DNA from: a virus
Taxonomy: Duplodnaviria; Caudoviricetes
Reading direction: 5' to 3' (one strand)
DNA: 27,672 nt
Virus record (IMG/VR): IMGVR_UViG_3300010359_000012
Coordinates: 1 to 27,672 of that record
A model generated the notes under the pieces. It was not told the DNA's origin and did not search any database. It worked only from the letters and a program-made list of their open reading frames with translations. The translations under genes and the position numbers were made by a program. Position 1 is the first letter of the stretch, and the number at the start of each line of letters is the position of its first letter. Positions 1-6,832 of the stretch are shown here, piece by piece.

Positions 1-123
1 ACCGCGCCAACGCTCTAGCCTTCCAACTCAATAACGCTGAGCCCCTCGCTCACCCCGAACTATTGATGGGCTGGGCCTCAGCTTGACAGCGGGTAATACA
101 TGAGTATGATCGAAGTCGTAACG
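1..123. repeat. Left terminal inverted repeat (123 bp)
   Basis: Bases 1-123 are the exact reverse complement of 27550-27672; identity breaks at position 124 (a vs g). Confidence 0.97.
83..110 (+). promoter_or_regulatory. Sigma70-type promoter inside left ITR, pointing inward
   Basis: TTGACA (83-88), 16 bp, TATGAT (105-110), just upstream of the first CDS. Confidence 0.7.
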
Positions 124-133
124 AAGAAGATAC

Positions 134-727
134 ATGAGCGATATTTTGCGAGAAGGCACAGCGATGACTGGCAAAGTCACCATCACGTATGTCGACGACG
201 GGCAGCGCCAGTGCGGTGAGTGTACGCTGTGCTGCAAGCTCTTGCCGGTGCGCGAGTTGGAAAAGGCTGGCGGTGTGCGCTGCAAGCACCAGTCACACGC
301 CAAGGGGTGCCGTGTGTACGGCACCGACAAGATGCCGCCGTCGTGCAAATTATGGAACTGCGCATGGCTGAGCGGCAACCCTGTGGGTCCGCGCCCCGAC
401 CGCGCGCACTACGTCGTCGACATCATGCCGGATTACGTTACGATCGTCGACAACGAGACCGGCAAGAAACGGGCGCAGCCCGTGGTGCAGGTCTGGCTCG
501 ATCCGCGCCACCCCGACGCGCACCGAAACCCGGTGCTGCGCTCCTACCTCGCCAAACGCGGCGAGGCTGCGTTGATCCGCACGAGCCCGCGCGAGGGCTT
601 CGTGCTCGTGCCACCCTCGATGTCGCATGAGAGCGAATGGATCGAGGTCCACACGAACCTCACCAAGACCAGCACACACTCGTGGGACCAGATCAGGCAC
701 GCCATCACAACCGGCGAAGTGCCATAA
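134..727 (+). CDS. Cys-cluster protein, CxxCxxCC (YkgJ-like Zn/Fe-chelating) family
   Basis: RQCGECTLCCK...C...GCRVY...PPSCKLWNCAWL pattern; start could alternatively be ATG 164. Confidence 0.7.
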   Translation: MSDILREGTAMTGKVTITYVDDGQRQCGECTLCCKLLPVRELEKAGGVRCKHQSHAKGCRVYGTDKMPPSCKLWNCAWLSGNPVGPRPDRAHYVVDIMPDYVTIVDNETGKKRAQPVVQVWLDPRHPDAHRNPVLRSYLAKRGEAALIRTSPREGFVLVPPSMSHESEWIEVHTNLTKTSTHSWDQIRHAITTGEVP

Positions 728-896
728 CATCAATTCGCCAGTTGATGCTGCCGACGCTGCGGCCGAGTTCTTTGGCAATCGCGGCAGTGCCCACTCCGCT
801 GGCAATCATCTCTCTCAGGCGCCTGATCTCGTAAGGCGACCACGCCCGTTTGCCTTGTCGGTCGGGTTTCGAAGAAGATAGCCGGATAGGCATCAT
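705..896 (-). CDS. Small GcrA/Myb-like helix-turn-helix protein
   Basis: WSPYEIRRLREMIASGVGTAAIAKELGRSVGSINWRI matches the W-x-x-x-E/x-I..L..G....IA..LG.S pattern of GcrA N-terminal-like domains. Confidence 0.6.
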   Translation of the reverse strand: MMPIRLSSSKPDRQGKRAWSPYEIRRLREMIASGVGTAAIAKELGRSVGSINWRIDVMALRRL

Positions 897-910
897 GATG
901 GGAATCCCGA

Positions 911-1531
911 ATGATTGGGTACGCCAGCCGCACTGGCACGCGACAAAATCTTGAGGCTCTCAAGCGTGCCGGGTGGCGGCTGATCGTGTCACCGACCGGA
1001 GAGCTTCGCACCGAGGGATTTCGGTACGCTCTTGAAAATGGCGCCTGGACGGCACACTGCAACGGTGTGCCGTTTGACGACCGGCTATTTCTGCGGGCGG
1101 TTGACCAACTCGGCCACGCTGCCGACTGGATTGCGCTCCCCGACATCGTTGCAGGCGGCCTGCGCTCGTTGGCATTCTCGCTGCAGTGGCGTGAGCGTCT
1201 GAACGGCGCGCATCTGCTGTTGCCGGTACAGGACGGTCTGCACCCCGCACATATACGCGCGCTGCTCGGCCCTACGCTGGGTATTTTTGTCGGCGGCTCG
1301 ACCGTATGGAAGATCAGCACCATGGCACAATGGGGCGAGCTGGCCGCCGAGGTAGGCTGCTGGATGCATGTGGGTCGCGTCAACACCGCGCGGCGAATCC
1401 ACTTGTGTGCAGCTGCCGGTGCCCATTCGTTCGATGGGTCGAGCGCCTCACGCTATCGCGTTACACTCGCGTTGCTTGATAATGCGAGGCATCAACCCGA
1501 CTTGTTCACGCCAAGCTCCAAGCCGAGTTGA
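911..1531 (+). CDS. TGT/DpdA-fold (tRNA-guanine transglycosylase-like) protein, putative DNA base-exchange enzyme
   Basis: Ordered motifs ALENGA, PDIV, VQDG, IFVGGS, HVGRVN, SFDGSS parallel the D-S-G, D, V-Q-G, G-G, H-x-x-G and S-x-D-S motifs of TGT-family barrels. Confidence 0.55.
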   Translation: MIGYASRTGTRQNLEALKRAGWRLIVSPTGELRTEGFRYALENGAWTAHCNGVPFDDRLFLRAVDQLGHAADWIALPDIVAGGLRSLAFSLQWRERLNGAHLLLPVQDGLHPAHIRALLGPTLGIFVGGSTVWKISTMAQWGELAAEVGCWMHVGRVNTARRIHLCAAAGAHSFDGSSASRYRVTLALLDNARHQPDLFTPSSKPS

Positions 1532-2572
1532 GCGTCGGCAGCGGGGGCGTCGAGCGGAATGATGGTTAATCGCTCGCCCGAGGAGTTCCGCAATTTGCGG
1601 GACGATTGAGTTTCCGAGGCAGCGCAATCGGTCCACCCGGCCGGGTACCCGAGCAGCCACTCGACCCACGTCGGGTTCAGTTGCCCACCAGCCTGCTCCG
1701 GTAGTTGCGGCGTGTGCCCATTGGGCGAGCGTCCACGGCCCGAGCGCCAATCGCGCGCCGCTGGCGTCGGCCACCGACCGTGCCCACCGTCCTGGCGCAC
1801 CGCATCCGTCAGGCTCACCCCAGGATGCGCCTTGCTGCCTAGTGTGTTGCGGGAGCCGCTCGCCTTGGCATCGCTCTCCGTCGGGGTCGGCCACCGACCT
1901 GTGCGCGCCATCGTCTCCAGCGATGGCCGCACCGGACCCACCCGTCCCATTCCGCCACCCTGGTTCGTCCCATAGGGCGTTGCTGCCGGGGTAGGCAATG
2001 ATCCAGATTCGGTCGCGTCGGTGAGGGGCGCCAACGGCGGAAGCAGGTATGCAGTGCCATTCCGCATCAAACCCGAGCGCGGCCAGGTCTCCGAGAACTG
2101 TTGAAAGTCCCCGTCCAAGCAGAGCTGAGACGTTCTCCACGATGACGTAGCGGGGTCGAACCTCGCCAATAATTCGGGCGAACTCGGACCATAGGCCGCT
2201 CCGCTCGCCTGCAAGGCCCGCGCCCTTTCCAGCCACGCTGATGTCCTGGCAGGGGAACCCACCGCATACGACGTCAATCGGCCGTAGCGGGCGAGCGCAT
2301 CGAGCGTCCGTCCGCTCTGCGTCCCGCTGTCGGGGTTGCCACCGCGCCGGCCGTGTCCCGTCAGGCTCGTTCCCGCATCCGGCGTCGGAAAGTACCTTGG
2401 CGGTGAGAGTTCGCACGTCATCGAAAACAGGGACATCTGGCCAGTGTCGTCGCAGGACGCGCTGGCAGAAATGGTCGGATTCGCAGAAGGCGACGGTTTG
2501 CATTCCGGCTCGTTCGAGCCCGAGGGAAAAGCCGCCGATTCCGGAGAAGAGGTCGAGGACATTCAATTTCAC
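1448..2572 (-). CDS. DNA (cytosine-5) methyltransferase, alpha polypeptide
   Basis: Motif I DLFSGIGG, IV GGFPCQD, VI ENV, VIII PHRRDRIW, X LGNSIVP; no clear motif IX in this frame. Confidence 0.93.
   Translation of the reverse strand: MKLNVLDLFSGIGGFSLGLERAGMQTVAFCESDHFCQRVLRRHWPDVPVFDDVRTLTAKVLSDAGCGNEPDGTRPARWQPRQRDAERTDARCARPLRPIDVVCGGFPCQDISVAGKGAGLAGERSGLWSEFARIIGEVRPRYVIVENVSALLGRGLSTVLGDLAALGFDAEWHCIPASAVGAPHRRDRIWIIAYPGSNALWDEPGWRNGTGGSGAAIAGDDGAHRSVADPDGERCQGERLPQHTRQQGASWGEPDGCGAPGRWARSVADASGARLALGPWTLAQWAHAATTGAGWWATEPDVGRVAARVPGRVDRLRCLGNSIVPQIAELLGRAINHHSARRPRCRRSTRLGAWREQVGLMPRIIKQRECNAIA
1492..2436 (-). CDS. Overprinted beta polypeptide of the C5 methyltransferase (alternative frame, motif IX-like plus repeated PTP modules)
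   Basis: Open frame 1492-2562 nested in the MTase; ends in LNPTWVEWLLGYPAGWT (motif IX-like); four F/L/W-PTP modules; start uncertain (ATG 2436 or later). Confidence 0.72.
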   Translation of the reverse strand: MSLFSMTCELSPPRYFPTPDAGTSLTGHGRRGGNPDSGTQSGRTLDALARYGRLTSYAVGSPARTSAWLERARALQASGAAYGPSSPELLARFDPATSSWRTSQLCLDGDFQQFSETWPRSGLMRNGTAYLLPPLAPLTDATESGSLPTPAATPYGTNQGGGMGRVGPVRPSLETMARTGRWPTPTESDAKASGSRNTLGSKAHPGVSLTDAVRQDGGHGRWPTPAARDWRSGRGRSPNGHTPQLPEQAGGQLNPTWVEWLLGYPAGWTDCAASETQSSRKLRNSSGERLTIIPLDAPAADAQLGLELGVNKSG

Positions 2573-2582
2573 GCTGCCTGTC

Positions 2583-3221
2583 TCATGCCGTTAATCCTCG
2601 CGCGAACAGAGCCGCTTCGGCATCGCGCCGGATGCGCAAGCCGCGCATCGTCGGCCAGATGCGTTTCATGCTCCTGAACTCGGCGGGGATGAGATCGAAC
2701 CGCTGAGCGGCCATGTGCGATTTGATGGCGCGCATCTCGGTATAGCGCGTGCCGGCCTTGGCAAATGATGGTCCGCGATTGTAGGCGAGCGAGACCAGCG
2801 CTCCGAACTGATCCAAGGTGAGCTTGTCGGTATTCGGCAGGGCCTTGCGCACGATGGCTGCCCAGCGCGGCACGGTCACGGCATCGAACACCTCGATCGC
2901 GGTGTCCCACGGGATCGTGACCTTGCTCTTCATTCTCTGGGCTAATGCTTTCGCGCGCGAGCCGGTGACGCCGATCGCTGGCTCAAGCGCGTTGATCATG
3001 GCGTCGGAGATGCGGCCCTGCCAGTCGGCCCACAGTTTCTTCTTCGACGACACGCCGGCGCCGATGTCGTAACCGATGCCGATCGTCACGCCGGATCCTC
3101 CACCAGGCCAGACGGTATGCACGAACTGTCGTTTGTAGACTGCTTCACTGGTCACTTCGGACGCGACTATGAGGTCACGCGCGGCGTCGGAGATGAGTTT
3201 CTCGATCATGGCGGTGGCCAT
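2583..3221 (-). CDS. Lysozyme-fold muramidase / endolysin (GH24/pesticin-like)
   Basis: Catalytic-type E (ASEV), SGVTIGIGYDIG, QFGALVSLAYNRG and GLRIRRDAEAALF. Confidence 0.85.
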   Translation of the reverse strand: MATAMIEKLISDAARDLIVASEVTSEAVYKRQFVHTVWPGGGSGVTIGIGYDIGAGVSSKKKLWADWQGRISDAMINALEPAIGVTGSRAKALAQRMKSKVTIPWDTAIEVFDAVTVPRWAAIVRKALPNTDKLTLDQFGALVSLAYNRGPSFAKAGTRYTEMRAIKSHMAAQRFDLIPAEFRSMKRIWPTMRGLRIRRDAEAALFARGLTA

Positions 3222-3430
3222 TGTTCGTGGGTCGCCTTGAGGCAGGCGTCACGGAAGTCCATCAGGCCCAGCCCGGCATTGTGCCGGGTGACATAGGCGG
3301 CGAACGACAGGCGCGCCGCGATCATCTCCGGCACCATGACGTCCGGGCCGACGCCGCGATATTCGTCCTGGAGCTTCATGATGGCTACGCCAAACCGGCG
3401 GCGAAATATCGTGCGTTCATCCTCGGTCAT
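3206..3430 (-). CDS. Hypothetical protein (74 aa)
   Basis: Short overlaps with both neighbours in a tight minus-strand operon. Confidence 0.6.
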   Translation of the reverse strand: MTEDERTIFRRRFGVAIMKLQDEYRGVGPDVMVPEMIAARLSFAAYVTRHNAGLGLMDFRDACLKATHEQWPPP

Positions 3431-3611
3431 GGCTCTCTAGTCGCTGCATGAGTTTCACGAGCTGGTGCGCACAGCGTTCCAGGCACTGCGCTTCGACGAT
3501 GTGTAGATGGTGCTCGTTCTCGTTCTCGTCGATGTCGGCAGCCGCCTCGCGATGCGAGTAGGCATCCTTGCGCCAGATCTCGACCAGTGACAGCAAATCC
3601 AGCGTGATCAC
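3417..3611 (-). CDS. Hypothetical protein (64 aa)
   Basis: GTG start overlaps the TGA of the upstream XRE gene (GTGA coupling). Confidence 0.55.
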   Translation of the reverse strand: MITLDLLSLVEIWRKDAYSHREAAADIDENENEHHLHIVEAQCLERCAHQLVKLMQRLESHDRG

Positions 3612-3916
3612 TGAGGGCTCCTGGGCTGTGCTATGATGGCCTCCGCTGAGATCCCGGTGAGTTCCTCGAGGCGTTTCGCCAGCTCCAACTTGGGGCGTGA
3701 GCGGCCTTCGTGCCACGAGTAGTAGGTCGCGCGCGTAATGCCGATTTGGCGCGACCGCTCGGCGATGCTGTCACCTGGCACTGCGTCCAGCACCGTGGTC
3801 ATCGGCAGTTTGAGGCGCATCTCGATTTGCCTCGCGAGGTCGTGGCTTTCGGGCTCGAGGCCCGCCTTCATGAGCATGCGCAGGATACGCAACGCACGCT
3901 TGTTCGTGGCCGACAT
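3608..3916 (-). CDS. XRE/Cro-like HTH transcriptional regulator
   Basis: SIAERSRQIGITRATYYSWHEGRSRPKLELAKRLEELTGIS; GGAG RBS before ATG 3916; divergent from the ERF gene. Confidence 0.8.
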   Translation of the reverse strand: MSATNKRALRILRMLMKAGLEPESHDLARQIEMRLKLPMTTVLDAVPGDSIAERSRQIGITRATYYSWHEGRSRPKLELAKRLEELTGISAEAIIAQPRSPQ

Positions 3917-4008
3917 GTATAGTCTCCGCATCAACAAGTTGTATAGCTAGCGGTTGAACAAAAACAGGAGGGCGCATACACTACATCTGTATAGCAAGGA
4001 GTTCAACA
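3916..4008. promoter_or_regulatory. Divergent control region with three 21-bp operator-like repeats TGTATAG-N8-T(C/G)AACA and overlapping promoters
   Basis: Repeats at 3916-3936, 3940-3960, 3988-4008. Rightward TTGAAC(3954-59)-17-TACACT(3977-82); leftward TTGAAC(4006-01)-17-TAGTGT(3983-78). Confidence 0.7.
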
Positions 4009-4010
4009 CA

Positions 4011-4814
4011 ATGCGTTCGACCACCCTGCCAAGACCACAGCCCAAAAAGGCCCTGCCAATGAACCAGATAGCGCGCGTAACCACCCCCGCCGAGGGTTTC
4101 GGCGAGGTCCTGACGCAGATGCTCACGGACCCCAAAATTCCTGCGGACAAGTTGCAGATCATGCTCACGATGCAGCGCGAGCTGATCGCCGAGCGGCGCC
4201 GCGAGGCATACCAGAGCGCGTTCGTCGCGATGTCGGCACAGATGCCGCAGGTGCCGAAGAACGGCATCGTCGTGCTGACGCGAGCGGACGGACAGCGCAA
4301 GGGGTCATACGACTTCGCGCTCTGGGAGGACATGGATGCTTGCATTCGTCCGATCCTGATCGAGCACGGCTTTGCGCTGTCGTTTTGCAACATCCCCGCC
4401 CCGCCGGGTTTTGTGACCACCGTCGGTAAGCTCATGCATCGTGACGGGCATTTCGAGACCACGCAGAAGACGTTGCCGGTCGACCTCGGACCCGGCCGCA
4501 ACAACCTGCAGGGCGACGGCTCGGCCACGACCTACGGCATGCGGTACTGCACTCAGACGCTGTGCAACATCGTCCGTCGCGGACAGGACGATGACGGCAC
4601 ATCGGCGAGATCGCTCGACCTCCCGCTGACGGCAGAGCAATGCGCCACGCTTGAAGAGTTGCTCAAGACCTCGGACACCGACCGCGCGCGGTTTCTTGCT
4701 GAGCATGCCAACGTCAATGACGTGAGCGAGATCATGCAGCGGGACTTCGTGCGCTACTGCAATGCGCTGAATGCCCGCCAGCGCCGCCTCGAGCGCGAAG
4801 GAGCGGCGTCATGA
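4011..4814 (+). CDS. erf: ERF-family single-strand annealing recombinase
   Basis: Y.FA.WED....IRPIL.EHGF, L.H..GHFE and QG.GSATTYG.RY motifs; AAGGAG RBS before ATG 4011 (alternative ATG 4059). Confidence 0.88.
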   Translation: MRSTTLPRPQPKKALPMNQIARVTTPAEGFGEVLTQMLTDPKIPADKLQIMLTMQRELIAERRREAYQSAFVAMSAQMPQVPKNGIVVLTRADGQRKGSYDFALWEDMDACIRPILIEHGFALSFCNIPAPPGFVTTVGKLMHRDGHFETTQKTLPVDLGPGRNNLQGDGSATTYGMRYCTQTLCNIVRRGQDDDGTSARSLDLPLTAEQCATLEELLKTSDTDRARFLAEHANVNDVSEIMQRDFVRYCNALNARQRRLEREGAAS

Positions 4815-5521
4815 AGATCGACATTCACGAGCAGGGCTCGGTCGGCTGGTACCGGGCGAGACTGGGCGTGCCCAGCGCCTCGATGTTCCACAAGATCATC
4901 ACACCGAAAACCGGCGAGCTGTCCAAGCAGTGCATGGGCTACATGTACAAGCTCATTGCGGAGCGGCTGCTCAAGCAGTCGATGGACGACGAATTGGGCC
5001 ACGTGCGATGGGTGCAGCGGGGCAAGGACGAACAGCCCAACGCCGAGCGGCAATTTCAGATCGAGCGGGATCAACGGCTGAAAACGGTGGGGTTCATTAC
5101 AGACGACCACGGCAGGTACGGCTGCAGCCCCGACGCCCTCCTGACGGACCGGCCCGAGGCGGTGGAGATCAAGTGCCCCTCACCGCCCACGCAACTGGAA
5201 TATCTGCTCGCCGGCCTCGGCGACGATTACCGCCCGCAGGTTCAGGGCCAACTCCTCATCGGGGAGTTTGATCAGGTGCATTTCTACAGCTACCACCCGG
5301 CCATGCCGAGCTTCTATCTGGCAACGAGGGTCGACCGCGAGTTCCAACGGAAGCTGAAGGATGTGTTGAACCGGTTCTGCGATTTGCTGGACGAGAACAC
5401 GGAGCGGGCGCGGACGCTCGGTCTCTACGCCCCCGCCGAATGGGCCACACGGCCGCTCGAGCAGGCCTATCCCGAGCTTCTGGAGCCTGAGGTCTACACC
5501 AGCATCCTAGCGGCGGGGTGA
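4811..5521 (+). CDS. YqaJ / lambda-exonuclease-like recombination nuclease
   Basis: EQGSVGWYRARLG..SAS, GCSPDAL, VEIKCP, QVQGQL; ATGA-coupled to erf. Confidence 0.9.
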   Translation: MKIDIHEQGSVGWYRARLGVPSASMFHKIITPKTGELSKQCMGYMYKLIAERLLKQSMDDELGHVRWVQRGKDEQPNAERQFQIERDQRLKTVGFITDDHGRYGCSPDALLTDRPEAVEIKCPSPPTQLEYLLAGLGDDYRPQVQGQLLIGEFDQVHFYSYHPAMPSFYLATRVDREFQRKLKDVLNRFCDLLDENTERARTLGLYAPAEWATRPLEQAYPELLEPEVYTSILAAG

Positions 5522-5603
5522 ACCGCGACAGGAGGCCGCCTGTGCGTTAAACCGGCCTGGGAGGCTATGGGTGAAGCCCCTCCCCCCAAAACGCGACCCT
5601 GAG

Positions 5604-5631
5604 CCCCCGCTGAGCGATTGGCGGGGGTTTT
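5604..5631 (+). terminator. Rho-independent terminator after erf-exo
   Basis: CCCCCGC...GCGGGGG stem followed by TTTT. Confidence 0.6.
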
Positions 5632-5646
5632 AATCGGAGCCGAACC

Positions 5647-6177
5647 ATGAGCCAGCGTGAGAGCGGCTACGCGCGCAAGGTGCTGGATTGCTACGAGACG
5701 CCCGAATGGGTGACCTTGGCGCTTCTCGATGGCCACCTGCGGCCGCCGACCAAGGTTTGGGACCCAGCAGCCGGAGGAGGCAAGATGGCCCGAGCCCTCG
5801 GCCAGCTCGATGCCGAAATCATCACCAGTGACGTCAAGGACGGCGCGAATTTTCTGGCATGGCCGCTGAACGGTCGCGTGGATGCGATCATCACGAATCC
5901 ACCCTACACGCTTGCCCGCGAGTTCATCGAGCGCGCGTTGATGATGATGTCTGGCGTTCAGGGGCAGGTGGCGATGCTGCTGCGCACCGATTACGACCAT
6001 GCCGCGACCCGACAGCACCTATTCTCACGCTGCCCTGCTTTCAGTCGCAAGCTGGTCCTGACCAAGCGAATCGTCTGGTTTGATGATCCTGGCGCCGCCC
6101 CGAGCTTCAACCACGCCTGGTTCATCTGGGACTGGCAGCATAGCGGCCCCCCGACATTGGCCTACGGCCCAAGGTGA
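5647..6177 (+). CDS. Minimal amino (N6-A/N4-C) DNA methyltransferase
   Basis: D.YETPEW, motif I WDPAAGGG, motif IV ITNPPY; GGAG RBS. Confidence 0.85.
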   Translation: MSQRESGYARKVLDCYETPEWVTLALLDGHLRPPTKVWDPAAGGGKMARALGQLDAEIITSDVKDGANFLAWPLNGRVDAIITNPPYTLAREFIERALMMMSGVQGQVAMLLRTDYDHAATRQHLFSRCPAFSRKLVLTKRIVWFDDPGAAPSFNHAWFIWDWQHSGPPTLAYGPR

Positions 6178-6189
6178 GCCCTACTTCGC

Positions 6190-6609
6190 CTACTTCGCCC
6201 GGCTGGCCAGGAACACGGTCGGCACCACCACCGCGACGCAATAGGTCGCCAGCGCGACGAGGCGGTAGAGATCGGGCTGCTCCAGCGACCGCCACGTGAG
6301 CAGGATTCCCCCCGTCACCGCCACCAGCACGATCATGCGCGCGGCCAGGATCATCGTGAAGAAGTTCACCGCCCCGAGCATGCCCGCCCGCCAGGCGGCG
6401 CGGTCTATGCGTTCCTGAGCGATCGCGCCCTCGATGGCGCCCTCAGGCCGATCCCGGCTCGAGATCTGCGGCGTAGTCGGGCTCGTCGACGTCGACGTCA
6501 TCCCAGTCATCAGGGGCGGGTCTGGGAGGCGCCGCTCGCCCACGAGCTGCATTGGCCTGGAACGCCTGGGCGTATTTTCTGACGGTGGACCCGTTGTAGG
6601 ATCGGTCAT
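6190..6609 (-). CDS. Membrane protein, possible holin
   Basis: C-terminal hydrophobic helices ending in basic SRAK; last gene of the late operon; ATGA-coupled to the upstream ORF. Confidence 0.5.
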   Translation of the reverse strand: MTDPTTGPPSENTPRRSRPMQLVGERRLPDPPLMTGMTSTSTSPTTPQISSRDRPEGAIEGAIAQERIDRAAWRAGMLGAVNFFTMILAARMIVLVAVTGGILLTWRSLEQPDLYRLVALATYCVAVVVPTVFLASRAK

Positions 6610-6832
6610 CGGCCTTCTTCCGTAAGATTGCGATAGTAGCGGGACACCGGGTCACCGCCGCGATCCCGCTGACGATCTGCGCCGCCGTCATCTCCTCGCG
6701 CTCGAGGGTTGCCCGTAGCGCCATGAGCAACTCCCGCAGGATCGCCTTGCTGATCTGATCCAGATCCTGCAGGTCGTCCACCGGCTCCACCGCTCGGACC
6801 CGGGGCTTCGTCTTGGGCTTGGCCTTCGCCAT
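6443..6832 (-). CDS. Hypothetical protein (129 aa), overlapped along its whole length
   Basis: Strong AGGAGG RBS, MAKAKPK start, amphipathic helical core, acidic tail. Confidence 0.55.
   Translation of the reverse strand: MAKAKPKTKPRVRAVEPVDDLQDLDQISKAILRELLMALRATLEREEMTAAQIVSGIAAVTRCPATIAILRKKADDRSYNGSTVRKYAQAFQANAARGRAAPPRPAPDDWDDVDVDEPDYAADLEPGSA

Noticed and set aside
1-100. Short words resembling T7/pET vector sequence (GCTGAGC, CAATAAC, TAATAC)
   Set aside because: Only scattered 6-7-mers, not a contiguous match; no evidence of vector or adapter contamination.
1-123. ITRs as IS/transposon ends or N15-type hairpin telomeres
   Set aside because: No transposase or protelomerase ORF; no flanking DNA to show target duplications; ends are not palindromic.
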